The position numbers and the translations under genes were made by a program. From the NCBI GenBank assembly GCA_002633005.1, contig NMRA01000362.1, positions 372,001 to 436,000 of the forward strand: DNA of 64,000 bases. Direction: 5' to 3'. Below the pieces are notes generated by a model. The model saw only the letters and a program-made list of their open reading frames with translations. It searched no databases and was not told where the DNA came from. Positions 49,501 to 62,327 of the stretch are shown piece by piece. The DNA comes from Phoronis australis (lineage: Eukaryota > Animalia > Phoronida). Numbering within the stretch: position 1 is the stretch's first letter; each line of letters begins with the position of its first letter.

Positions 49501-51053
49501 AGTTTGTTTCTCGATGAATATTAGGCTATAAACGTTTATGAATCTTTTGTTCTCACAATAAATTATGTTTGCGTCATTAGTTGTTTCTTGTTTACTGTCG
49601 CTTGTCACACAGTACTTTGGCCTATTCGGCTTCAATTCTGAAGTCACGTTTGTTTTTAGGCTAAATAAGGGTAAAACATAAAAACCAAGTCAATGAAAAC
49701 CCGCATTAAGAGATGGCTATTGTACTAAAAACGTGTTCCAAAGGCTATTTATTGTCTTTATATTTGTCATTTGTGCTAGACTTTGTCGCATCGTGATACG
49801 CAGCTTGGCGATCGCATTGATAAAACCAAATGACGTAGACGATTGGTTAAATTAAAAACAATTTGAATGACCCCAATCAAAACTTGACATCTTTTGCGAG
49901 TCCGTTGACTCGCGGTCAAAGCCATCAATAATATTGGGCATCAAAAGCAATGCTAGGCGACCATTTCTGCATCTGATAACTGGAGTTCATTTGCCATGTT
50001 TCGTAATTTTATCGGTCGAGGGCGCGTTGACCCAGAAAGTTCAGCAGTCAGCAGTATCGACTTGCACTTAGAATTGTCAGTGAGTAACAAGTGAGTTGCA
50101 ATTGTTATTGGAGTTCTTGTTCGGTGATGAGATGTTTTGTGGGTGGTGGGGTTTGTGCGTTGTGCTCTAAAGGTGCACGCCCGTGGCAAGAGTGATTTAC
50201 ACTGAGCTGCGGAGAGAAGCGCTTTTTCGACTGTCTCCGTCCGGCCCCTAAAAAAGTCCAACCGGAATTTTCCGTGGATTGGCCCATGGACGTGTATTTG
50301 TAAAATGAAAACACCGGGCGTCAGGTACCAAATAAAAGCCCGGGCGTTAATTTGAAGGGGGGGGGGAGTAAACAGAATTTCCTAGTTTTGGCTACGCAAA
50401 TGTCAGCATGAAGCCCGACATGCACTTTTGTAAGTGAAACAACCTTTCTGGGTTCGCCAACACTTTTTTCGTTTGTGTAAATCAGTGTTAAATGCTCCGC
50501 AAACTGAATTTGTGATTATAAGTTGAAGCCAAAGTGGGCATCTTCCCGAATAAACACCACACTATCTGGACACTTGACACCAGAATTTATAACACCAAAT
50601 AAACGCCGTGAGCATTTATTAGGCATAATTTTCTGAACAACACCCATGAGCGTGTCATCGGGTGGGGCTAATTACGGATCCTGCTAGTCGTGCAGATTAG
50701 TCTAGCGCCATCTTTTGGTGGGAATAAAATGTAAAACCTAAACAGTTATTTATTAACGAGCTAGAGATCTTTTATGTCGTTTTCAGTGACTGTTTATGTT
50801 CCATTCCTTACAAAAATCAGTGGCCTAAAATTGGTTATGGTGCTTTGCTTTTTTAATATAATCGAAAGAATGTAATTGAAAGTACATATTTTTGCGGAAG
50901 TGTTGTCAAGGTTCTGAAAACAAGTATGGCGGTGTCCGTGGATTTTGAAATTGGCGAGATACGATGAAGTATCATGCAATACGACAAACATTTAATTTGA
51001 ACAAGTTGATATTTTTATAGCAAACGAAATAGTGCCACCTAGAATCAGTCATC

Positions 51054-51156
51054 ATGGCTATGGAAAAGCATTTTGTCCTGCGGGAGACGCACACTCGAGC
51101 TATTGTGGCGTTGGGGTACAACCCGCTGAGACGAGAAATTCTCATGGGATGTGAAG
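51054..51156 (+). CDS. WD40-repeat protein, coding exon 1
   Basis: Acceptor at 51020. Reads MAMEKHFVLRETHTRAIVALGYNPLRREILMGCE. Donor G|GTAAGA, phase 1. Confidence 0.85.
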
Positions 51157-52609
51157 GTAAGAACATAGTCGTTTTCTAAAATTTAGTTGTCTTGTCACTA
51201 TGCCTTCTGAGCATTATGGAAAACGTATAACATAAGTGGATTAGGCTTCTCACAATGTCATTGGATCATACAAAGAGCACCCTTATCCAGACAGTCATGA
51301 ACTGTCGGACATTTCAGAAGTTTTGTCACTCACGTTTTAGTCAAAACCAAAAACCCTATCATTCCTCAGCGATCCAGCATCCAACATATGTGACCTAATT
51401 TTGCTTATATATAGTTTTGATCTGGAAAAAAGAGTGTGCTAAAATAAAAACAACAAATTTGACACCTGTCTTTCTTCAAGTTGGTTAGATGAGAAGGTGC
51501 TTCTTATAATTTTTATTCAAAAAAGTACTAAAAACAGTGGACAACAATTGTAGATTTGAAAATTACTTTGACTCAATAATTTGGAAGAAAAAAAACTTCA
51601 ACTTTGTTTCTGTTATTATGGCTGCTGGTCACATCAGAAATTTGATAAGAGAAAAGTGTAATTTGGGCTGAATAAAATAAGTGATATAATTGACAACATT
51701 GTAATTTTCAATACTTTTTTGATATTTTTTAGATATAGTCTGTCATAAACTTGAAAACAGTATGCTGTGATATATGCCATCAGCTAATTTTCACGACATC
51801 TTTCAGAAGATGGTGACAACTTCGCTGAAGCAAATTTGCTCAGGTTGCTGATATTGAAATACTAAAAATTTATAACAAAGTGAAATCAATTCCTGTCATT
51901 TTGTTATGACATGTACACAACCTTGTGGAAGAAGAGCAAAAAGAATCGGTAAAAAATTAGCTAGTAGGTAACAGTTATGGCACTGAAAGTCGACACTTAA
52001 GTTCACTCTAAAAATTTAGGATCAAAATGATGATAGAATGACATTTTTTGGCACTAGTACCTAATTTAGTTTACTCAAGGAAGAGATTAGTTTTTTTAAT
52101 AGCATTACTTTTGTGTCAGATTTTATCCGTCCATTTTTACCTACATCAGTACAAAGCTGTGTGTTTAACACAAACTAAATAAGAAAATAACAAAAGAATA
52201 TTTGCCATAAGTAATTAACCATCTATTCATGTATTTTACGAACGCGATTAGAAAGGCGCTACGCTTGGTCCTGGGGCACAACAACATGCCTGCAATAGCC
52301 AGGCACTGAAACCACGATCTTTTGGTTAACATCTTGAGAGCGTTAAACTAACTACTGAGTCTGAGAGTTGGCACTGAACTGATTTGCGTGATGTGTTGCC
52401 GCTAGGTGTGGCGTGAAGTTATAGTTTCTTCTGTCTGAGATTTAAGTCAGGCTTGAAAGAGACTTTAAATTCAGAAAAAAATCACATTATTTTTTGTAAA
52501 GCATTCAATTATGTCTATGTTATGACGTAAGAAAATTGTAGTGAAGCTGTGAATTTTTAATGAAACAGGCCCCTGTTCATTCTCAAATACAGTCGCAACC
52601 TTGTTGGTT

Positions 52610-53336
52610 TACCGTATTCGCCCTAATAAGCGCCCATGCCCCTATAAGCGCCCCCCCACGCATTTTCAGACTTTGCTAAAATAAGCGCCCAGTCCATGAA
52701 CGCCGTGCACATGCAAAAAATGCCTTACATACATGCAGTTCTAAAATTCTACAGCAATGTCTGTTCAATTAATCAATAAGATCCGACAGTCCTGAAAAAA
52801 TCATTGTGCACGGAATTTGTACACCACAAGCCTCACCGCTATGTCAGTATTTAGCTGTGACTATACACTTCAAACTTCCGCCGTGCTTCAAAAAGAACGC
52901 AAGTTTTGCTGATCTTGCGAGGGACATGTCCTATAATGGTCTGGCCTTTCAGAACAGACACAGCGTACTTGTCAAAGGGATTGCTACTTAAAACTTGAGG
53001 AGGTCTTCAGATAATTTGTTGAGTCTAAACTATATTTTTACTCAAGAATTCAAGTTGACCTATCGGCTATCGCGAGGCAACGACGCATCAGTCGACGAGT
53101 TTTCGCACTGGGTTTTTTTGAAAAAATGCTTGTACTCTGACAACAAAGTTTGATGGCTATGCACTGCAATTTTGTAGAAACTGTCATAGGTTACAGATGC
53201 GTCACAAAGCGTAACTTTGATGAATTCTAGCTTATGATTTCACCTGTTTCGGAGACTGGGTTTCAACCACTTTTGGACTATAATATTCGCCTTCCCTTTC
53301 TAAGCGCCCTGGGCGTTTATTAGGGCGAATACGGTA
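52610..53336. mobile_element. Tc1/mariner (pogo/Tigger-like) non-autonomous element, TA TSD
   Basis: TA-ccgtattcgccctaataagcgccc ... gggcgtttattagggcgaatacgg-TA, with subterminal taagcgccc repeats. Confidence 0.88.
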
Positions 53337-53385
53337 TTATTTTCTGAATAATGTGACTACCTGACCTCTGATGTATTCTTTTCAG

Positions 53386-53476
53386 ATGGCGTGATAAAGT
53401 CATGGGAAGCCGAGACAGGAAAGTTACTGTTAACAACACATGAACACCGGGGATGGGTAACAGATTTTTTGTACTG
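53386..53476 (+). CDS. WD40-repeat protein, coding exon 2
   Basis: DGVIKSWEAETGKLLLTTHEHRGWVTDFLY; ttcttttcag / GTAGGT; phase 1 to 2. Confidence 0.9.
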
Positions 53477-54331
53477 GTAGGTTGCATAGTTGACACCGAC
53501 GGTTATATGGCGTCCCAAAACTATTACTGCAAAAATACTCTGCGATAGAAAGATCAGAAAATAATTTTCGTGAGAACTTCGTATTCCCAAAGTTTCTGTT
53601 GAAGTGTTAGAGAATTTGGGAAAAGTGCCACTGGTGACTCTAAGTGCAAAGAAATGATGAATGGATTTTTTTTCAGTTTCTGAAAAGCTGTCTTTCTTAC
53701 CGCCTTCAAATGCTCCACAGTTAAATGTTATTATTATGACTACTGGATTTTAGTGTTACAATAATAATAATAATGATTATCATTTTTATTTGATTAGTAT
53801 TATCGTTATTATCATTGGGACCTGGGTTTTCCATTTTCAATTACAGAGCAATCCGTTTTAGGAAACATAAAATTTTATTTCTTTCATTTTCTAAATTATC
53901 AAATTCCATTTCACTTTTTCAAGCAGGTATCCAAGTTAACAATAATCTAGGAATTGCCTTGCTTTTTCCACTGAATTATGCTACAGCCCTGTTTTACCAA
54001 TAACTTGCTTTGCACAATGTTTGTCGTTTCTTAAAACCAGAAAAAGAACAACGCCACCTTCAGAAAGAATGTACTACTTATTACTTGAACAGGTCTGTTG
54101 CAAAACAAACGTTGATCGATTTGTAGCCAGAATATGTCAAATTTAATGATGGATTATTGTCTTAGTTTTTTGGCAACTGAGAACCAAAACTTATGGTATC
54201 TGCTACGGAAATATGGAAATTCTGTTTGAAATCTCAAATTCTGTGAAAGAAATGGGAATTCTGTTTGTTTTCTGTTATCGCAAAAATCTCTATTAATATT
54301 GTTAATGTTATTGTCATTATGTTATGTTAAT

Positions 54332-54822
54332 AGATCAAGTTTGAGTCTAATACTGGAATAAAAACTTACAAAAAATTAGCGACATTGCCTCCGCATCTCA
54401 CGGACTTCAGCTTGGCTTGTGATATTATCGTTATTCTGGCCAATTGATGACGTTTTGACCAGACGGCGCGGCATACGTCATCCCATACGTGTTATAAATC
54501 GAATCTTAAACCGCCTCTTTTATTTAAAGAGGGACTCTCAATGCGCTCATGGAGAGCTTCCTTTACTCCCCTTCTGAACCAGTCATCCTCACAGTCTAGG
54601 ATAGTGACATCATCAGTATTGAAATCATGTCTAGTGGTGCACAGCTGGCTAAAAATAGCCGAATCATAAGTGTCCCCATAGCTAGGACGATGATGTTGTG
54701 ACATACTCATTTTTATGGACGGTTTCGTTTCACCTGTGTAACTGTCTGAGCACTGGAGATTCTTACACTGAATACCGTGGACAACACATGATTTATTCCA
54801 GTATTAGACTCAAACTTGATCT
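54332..54822 (-). mobile_element. 5'-truncated Penelope-like element: GIY-YIG endonuclease remnant, pLTR and inverted pLTR fragment
   Basis: The minus frame 54800-54492 reads KSCVVHGIQCKNLQCSDSYTGETK...HDFNTDDVTILDCEDDWFRRGVKEAL...PSLNKRGGLRFDL. Perfect 31-bp inverted repeat at 54332-54362 / 54792-54822. Confidence 0.88.
54379..54411 (-). ncRNA. Decayed minimal hammerhead ribozyme in the Penelope pLTR
   Basis: The minus strand reads CTGAAG-TCCG-tgagatg-CGGA-GGCAATGTCG, compared with the minimal HHR pattern CTGANGA-stemII-CGAAACGT. It lies downstream of the GIY-YIG ORF. Confidence 0.5.
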
Positions 54823-55109
54823 GTTTTCTCAACTGAATGTCTCAAAATTTCATGCTTTTATTATTTTAATATTGCATATTTTGTGCAGTACCCACATTAA
54901 ACTTGCCTTCATGGTTCTTTGGTGTCAGAATATGGCAAGATTTGTTGTTCTTCTGTGTTTTTCAAATGCTTTGAACATTATTTTGAATGCCCACTATTAT
55001 TCAAAATGTTGTCATTTGGTAGCTATTATTTTTCTCCAAAATTGGTGACATTTTGCGGTGTACTCATGTTATTACTTCATACAAAATATATAATTTCTAA
55101 TCATTATAG

Positions 55110-55197
55110 GCCAGATGTCAAGTGTATGCTGTCATCTGCCAATGATGGTGTCATCATCGCTTGGTCGTCAGGAGGGGGCGTTCATGACAAGATTAAT
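55110..55197 (+). CDS. WD40-repeat protein, coding exon 3
   Basis: (W)PDVKCMLSSANDGVIIAWSSGGGVHDKIN; donor GTGAGT; phase 2 to 0. Confidence 0.9.
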
Positions 55198-55478
55198 GTG
55201 AGTTACATATTCTATGACGCCCACTTTGTGTTTTAGGATTGAAATAGAGTTTTTTATGGTTTTTATTGTGGTGTAAGAAAGTATATATTTTTCATTAAAT
55301 TTTTCAATTTAATATGAAAATACACTGCTGACTTTTGTAAAAAACAATTAGTTGCAAATCGTCTGATTTGGATCGCCATTGCGTTTGGTTGTTATCCCAT
55401 TTTACGCTCTTCCAGTGAGCCACACCCATATTCTGTTAAGTTATGCTTTTTGACACTCGGTCCTCATCAATATTCCAG

Positions 55479-55575
55479 TTAGCCACACCAGTGTACTGTA
55501 TGGTTGTCAACCCTAGAAGAGCGCAGTTGGTGTGTGGAATGAACGCCAGCATCCGTCTATACGACTTACAGCCTG
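55479..55575 (+). CDS. WD40-repeat protein, coding exon 4
   Basis: LATPVYCMVVNPRRAQLVCGMNASIRLYDLQP; ttccag / GTAAGC; phase 0 to 1. Confidence 0.88.
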
Positions 55576-56800
55576 GTAAGCCATTCAGTGCAGTACCAAT
55601 TTTAGTGAGCTGAATCACGACACCTCTCCATAACTTCCTTCAAAAACAGTAGGAAACTAGTTGAAAGAGAAAAATATTTTCGAAATTGGCTGAAAATTCA
55701 ATTTTCAACGAAAAGGCATGTCATTAATTTGTCCATTTTTGTTAGGGCACAAATTTGACAGAATTCTTTGTTTAATAACTAATTGTAAATAAGTTCCAGA
55801 AGGACAGAGCTAGGGTAAAATTTAGGACAATGTTCAATTTTGCTTTTTTCAAATTTCTCAACAAAAATATTTTCTGATGATTTGTTCTGTACACCTGTCT
55901 TCAAAACAAGAAAACTTTTTTATCTTTAACTTAGTAATGGAACATGAGCCTTAAGTTGATAAAATGCAAATTTTAGCTATTTTGTCCTAAACTGAACAAT
56001 TTCTATGTTATGCTCATAATTATCAGACTTATTGTGCATTCCATGATATTTGCTGGGATATGCTCCATACTATATACTTAAATCATCAAGGGCTCTTATT
56101 GGAAAACTAAAATACCAGGGTGTAGGTGTTAATCCGAGCATGGGTGCATGCTTCTAAGTAAAACTACTGTTTTGATAAGTTTAGAGTGGGCGCATACCTG
56201 AAAGGTTTATCTGGTTAATGCCCAGGGGTGCAGAGAGCTACATTGATGCCTGGCTTCACATGCCATAGTCAAATAAAACATTATTGGCAGATTGAAGAGG
56301 ATGTGTTTAAGGGTCCTATCGTCTAGAATGGAGTCATGATTGTCTGCTGTCCAGTAGCATGTCGCAGCTTTTTAAAAGCAGCCTATCGTCTGCTGCAAAC
56401 ATCACAGATTTATTGAGCAGGCCACTCGTGACAAAATGATGTACCGTTTTTTTTGCACATGGGTACAAATGATATGGTATTGGAATGGGCATGAGCCAAT
56501 TTATGAACCATTTCACGCCTCCTTCAGTTGGGAAGAGTACGGGTATTTTCTTACTTGATCAAGGCGGTTTCGGTGAAATTCACTGACTATGGTACTCAAA
56601 GGCTAGCGAGTTGCATTCCGACTTTTTGTGAGCTAAAATTATGGTGAGAAAGGGGCTCACAAAGACATCATTCTAAAGAAGTCTCGGTCGTAGATTTGTG
56701 GTTGGCAGTCAAGCCAAACAAACATGCTATGGGGGGTTGGGTGATAAGCTGTGTGTGGACATTAATCTGGTTAAGTAATATATCGCTGTCTCTGCTTCAG

Positions 56801-56978
56801 ACAAAGACACTGGTCATGTGATAGACTCTGTGCCAGCGTTCATTGCCAAAGAGCACACAGACATTGTGCGGTGTATTTTGTGTGTTGAATCGAGAATCTA
56901 CTCTGGTGGCTATGACAACAAGCTGATTATTTACGACTGCTCATTCACAGGAGACAAGAGTATTAGACCAATATCTAT
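56801..56978 (+). CDS. WD40-repeat protein, coding exon 5
   Basis: Contains the canonical repeat EHTDIVRCILCVESRIYSGGYDNKLIIYD; donor GTAAGT; phase 1 to 2. Confidence 0.92.
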
Positions 56979-57651
56979 GTAAGTGCACAGATGATTATTT
57001 TTGACCGCTCGTGCACAGGAGACTAGAGTATAAGTACAATATCTGTACAAGTGCATGGATTCTTGTGGTTGTCCCTCAGAAATACAGGACGACACGTATT
57101 TGCACACAGCGAAACAAAAGGTCATTGTTGTAGTAATTGTTTGTATTCGTGACATACTGAGTTGTGTTGTCTGATAATCATCGTCCCTTATTTCGCACCT
57201 GTATACATGTGTAGCACAGATTCTCAATGGATTAAATTGATGGCTGGATTATGAAACGACTGTCGTCTAGAAACTATATGAGAGATATATTTGTAATATT
57301 TCTCTGTTTCTATGCCCCGTGAAATAATTGCATGCTTACTTAACTTTCCTTGTCAATAAAGCAATGGAAATCAATTTAATTTCACAAATGAATGTGATAA
57401 GAATCTCTGGAGTGAAAACGTGCTGTGAATTACTACCCAACTCATAACGCTCCATTAACTCCAGTGTGTGGCCTTAAATGGTAATCAAAGTTCAAATGTC
57501 GTCTGCTTTGCAAGTGTTTAAAGCTGATTGGTTAAAACTTCTTCACCTTGAAACAAACTGATTAAGACTCCTATGTAAATATGATATGCATGCAGTGTTA
57601 AGTTCAAATGCATATTTAAACTGTGATAACTTTGGGTTATGTATTTTACAG

Positions 57652-57720
57652 CAACCACCAAGCTCATGACGCGGGTATCACTTGTCTGCAATTAGTCAAA
57701 GACAACGAAAATAATTCATG
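57652..57720 (+). CDS. WD40-repeat protein, coding exon 6
   Basis: (I)NHQAHDAGITCLQLVKDNENNS(W); ttttacag / GTAAGT; phase 2 to 2. Confidence 0.9.
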
Positions 57721-58481
57721 GTAAGTTGTCCTTTTCACATGAGTGTTCGGTCAAAGTGAAAATGTGGAAGATGGAAATCACCAATTTAAACAAACTTGAA
57801 ACTTAATTTATTTCGCTTTAAAGAGATCATTGATTCAAGTTTAGGCAAAAAAGCATAATTGCTTCTGGTTTTTTGTTTTTTTGAAAATCAAGTCAGTGGC
57901 ATGTTATTTTTTAGTTTGCCACTTTTTAAAAAAAGAAAATCATGCTGAGACAAGCAAAGTGATGCAACATTGCTAAACAGATTTTCTTTTTCAACAAGAA
58001 TTTCCATCACTGGATGTATGCTGTAGTCTTGTTAAAAAGTCCAGCAGTATTGAGGTCAGAATTTTATGAAACTGTTAAAAGAACAATACAGGTGGCCTGA
58101 TGTCATTTACGGTGCATCAGATGTCTGCAGGCCTCATGGTTGGGCCCATTGCACCTATAAAGATATTTTTTTCAAAAAATTTTTACTTGAATAAGTCATC
58201 CTGTAAATTTGACCATCATTTGACCACAAAATTTGCCAGAGGGATTAAATGTATTCAAACCTTCTATACTCTTAAGACTAAATTGTGGAATACTTCAATG
58301 TAAAAAGGGGTGATATGATCAAAAAGCTTCTTTTTAACCATTTGATCACTCCATGCAAATTGCTACAGAGTTTTTCAGTCAAGAAACTTACGAGGTACTG
58401 CACAGTTAGGCTCTCTTTGACTCCGTTCAAGTACATATTGAGGATATTGTAATTTATTTCATAACGCTTAATCGTCGTGAG

Positions 58482-58523
58482 AGACCGTCCCGAGTTGGTA
58501 TGTGGTGCAACTCGGGACGGTCT
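58482..58523. repeat. Perfect 16-bp hairpin in an intron (probably a transposon core remnant)
   Basis: agaccgtcccgagttg, a 10-nt loop, then caactcgggacggtct. Confidence 0.75.
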
Positions 58524-58794
58524 GGGGTTTACAGAAAACCATTGTTCAACTGTGAGTCTACACCAATGTGATAAACGAGAGTAGTTCTACTTGCTGCGTC
58601 AGCTGCTGGTATGCTTATCTCTTTTATGACACACAATGTGCGACTGGGCAAAGCGTTTTCAAAATAATGTGGATAAATCAGTGGAGTGTGAAACCCCTGA
58701 GGTCCCTGTCAAGTCCTCACGGCAATTTTACGTTATGTGCAGTTACTGTAGTCCTCCTAATATTTACCTGATTCTCATTTACTCCACATTACAG

Positions 58795-59075
58795 GGTAGT
58801 TACAGGGTCCTTTGACAAGACTGTCAAGATCTGGTCCTCAGATGGCAAACTCGTCCACAAACTGGACGGCTTCATGTTCACTGTGACAGACATTACATTT
58901 GTGCCAAGGAACCGCACTATCTGGGTCGCGGCCGGCATGTCGTGGGCGTACCTATTTGACCCCAAGTCTGGGGATAACGTGTCGGATTTCATCGGGACGT
59001 TCCAAGAGCAGGAGGACGAGTATAAGTACTCCCTGCAAAGGATCAAGTTTTTCCCAGAGCTCAATCAAGTGCTCG
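58795..59075 (+). CDS. WD40-repeat protein, coding exon 7
   Basis: WVVTGSFDKTVKIWSSDGKLVHKLDGF...FFPELNQVL; donor G|GTAAAT; phase 2 to 1. Confidence 0.92.
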
Positions 59076-60707
59076 GTAAATTTTTGAAAGTTCCTTGTGT
59101 TGACCATAGATTATAGATGTCAGATTCGCAACTCGGACATTTTCTTGTGTACTATCCTAGAGGAGGAGCTACTCTCCCAAATTATCTGTTTCAGTTTCCG
59201 GTTAGTGTGCTGTGACGGGAAATTCTCGCGTCTATTTTATTGTCCAGTACAACTAAAAAATAATAATTTTGGCATTTAAACACTGTTCAAAGTATTCCAA
59301 TAGTAGAACTGTTGGTATCGTGAGTACCTTTAGCAATGCTACTACCACCCGACCACACAACAGCCAATCATGATTAGCAGACGACATACTTGCCGAAAAT
59401 AACACCAGATAATTTGGCCAGGTGTCGCTAGTGAATAATGACGTAACGGCTTGTGACCACAGATTTCGTCCATTGAAAGTAAACGGAGTTGGCAGTCCAT
59501 GTTCTATTAGTCTATGGTGTTCACTGACAGTGAGGTTTGTATGCAACACAGTCAAAGGTTAAGACTGTCTCATAATATACGTCAGTTTTGTATGAGTCTT
59601 TTAAGACTAAATGTTAAAACATTTAACTGCCATTATTATTTTTTTTTTGTGCTGTAGGTTTCAAAAAGGACATTATTTGTTCCCGTTGAAAAATAGAATT
59701 TAAAAAATTTGGCTAACTTCAAATAATTTTTTAATGTTGGTTTTGGTCTATTTTCCATCATAAGTTTTCACCATAACAAACCCAGTTGAATTTTGACAAA
59801 ACTACTTTTGAGGAGAACTAACTGTTATAAACTTTACAGTTTCAATAAAAAGATAGAATGCACATTATGTTTTCCTGTTATTTTGTCTCTATAGTTCAAT
59901 AAACCCTTTCAGGTGGTCAAGATTTTTAGAGCCTCACATTGATCCGTGTTTAATTGATATCAGTTCTTTCAAGCTCTTGTGCCTGAAGCTCTGAGACCAT
60001 TCAGGAAACTTACATGACTTGCCCCTCTATTCACCTGACTGCATTGTTTATGGGCAATTACAGTAAAAATTGTTCAATGGTTGCTTAATTGCCATATTTC
60101 TATTTTTCAGGGGCTCACTACATTATTGCAAACGCTCAAATTTTACTAAATGTCGCCGGTAATAGCTACGCCATACAAACCATGCTGAAAGCAAAGTGAA
60201 TTTCCTGAAAAGTTATTTTCGTTGAGAAATTTGACAAATGAAATTTCGTTTTTCTGTCATACTGTGTCCAAGGCTGAAGAGTTTTTACTGTAAGATTAGT
60301 TATAATAGCCTGGCTGAGAAATGGATTGTTGGGCAACAGACAAAGGACAATCATTAAAATTATTATTACATTACCAAAAGCATGTCTTCACTAAATTCTC
60401 TTTTTCTCTAGAACAGAGATGGTGTTCATTTGTCCAGTGAACATTCTTTAAATTCTTTTGTTGTGTGCGTTTTTTACTAACGATTGACGAGACGGCATAC
60501 GATTGTTTACAAAAGACTGATTCATTGCTTTCTATCTGTTCCTATTTGCTTCATTGTAAAATTTACATTGTAGCATATTCCAACTTTGGAACTGATGCTC
60601 ATTTTATGTAAATTTCAAATATTTGGAGCGAGCACCAGAGAGCTTGAACACGCTTGCGTGCAGTTTCAAAATTTTATAATTATTACAATGTGTTGTGTCA
60701 TTTCCAG

Positions 60708-60806
60708 GTTCCACTAGTCGTCGTCAGTTACTGTCTTGGAAGTACAATGCATCCGGATGCATCACTGCTTTAAAGTGCAAAAATGCCCTTGAAACTATCA
60801 CATACA
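60708..60806 (+). CDS. WD40-repeat protein, coding exon 8
   Basis: GSTSRRQLLSWKYNASGCITALKCKNALETITY; tttccag / GTAAGT; phase 1 to 1. Confidence 0.88.
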
Positions 60807-61609
60807 GTAAGTGCTACCTGGAGTTTTGACTATAATGAGTCACCGTACTAGTGTACTCAACTCATTTTGACACCTGCGTTCACTCACAAAAAGTGTCCAA
60901 CCGGATCAATTTCAGCCAAGGGCTGATGTTTTTCTTTTTGAAAAACTGCACAAAGACACGTACTTGAGCAAGATTTGAAACGCCATGATTTGCTAAGTGA
61001 TGAGTAAGAAAATGAAATAAAAACACCCCCTGTCATTTTTGCTCATCTCACTTGGATAAATTTTCCTTTTTTCAAAAATGGGCAACTAAGACAAAAATTC
61101 TTCACCACCGACTCGATTTTCAAAACACCATAGACCTGAACCAATTATGCTTTTTTGGCCTGATCATGGTCTTGGTAATGTTAACAGATGACAATTTGGA
61201 AATTTAAAGTACAATCATGTACTCATATGCTAATAGAATTAGGTTGAAGGCATCATAGCATAAAATGAGTAGACTGGAGTGTCTGGGCCCAGCACTACCA
61301 GTCCTTGAATTGGTAATAACAGTGATATTGATGACGACGTTCCGTTCTGACGTTCATGATCAGGATGACAATGTTATCGCCACTGCCACTAGGGGTCATG
61401 ACAGTGTCGATAATGATTATTCTGCTTGGCTTTGCATCTATTCGGATTCCATTAAAAACAGACAAGAATATCTCTCCCATTAAGTATGGATAACCATAGA
61501 ATGGATAAAATAAATACGAAATACACAGAAAAGAAATTGAGACACACTAATAAACATACAGTTTGCTACTCAGTACTTTCAACTCATTAGATACTCTTTC
61601 TCATTTTAG

Positions 61610-61700
61610 CCCGTAAAGTGCCACTACTTCTGTTCAGCGGTGATTCCTCTGGAGTCATCACAAAGTGGGAACGGATGCAGTCTAACCATTTCATGTACAG
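61610..61700 (+). CDS. WD40-repeat protein, coding exon 9
   Basis: TRKVPLLLFSGDSSGVITKWERMQSNHFMY; ttttag / GTGAGA; phase 1 to 2. Confidence 0.88.
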
Positions 61701-62327
61701 GTGAGAAAACTACGTGCTTTAGTTTGACGGCAGCATACGGTTACGAAATAAGCAATCAGTTTTTGCGTTATAGTGATTCAGTGGCATTTGTCTTTTTGGT
61801 TTTGTGGACAAAAATAATTGCCAAAGTCGTTACAATAATCAAAATTTCACCAAGTGTTTTACTGACAAAAAGTTATCATTTGGTAGGTCTACCAGGGGAA
61901 CTTCACCATGGCCATGCAGTGTTAATCATCTTACGGATGAGCACTCACGTCAGATCTTAGTAGTGATGTCGGAAAAGTAGAATTATATTCTTACCTTGGC
62001 AGATGTAATATACTTGCCCTGTCTAGGATCTTGTCAGGCTTTAGTGTAGGTACTTGACTTTTCTTTATTACTTAGATGAGCTGTTGTAGAGGATTGATTG
62101 GACATAGATTAGCATGTGTGCTTGGCTTTCCTGTACCTCCTCAAGGGAGCAATTGAATATTCTGTTGTCATCGTAGTGGAGCCATTAATACCAGAATCCT
62201 CTTGATGTATTTTCTTTACTTCTTATTTGATTTATTTTTACAAAGTGAATTTCATTTTGTGTATTCTTTTGTGGTAAATGGGTATACAGTTGAACAGGTC
62301 TTGTCAACTTCTTTCGTCCTTTTTCAG

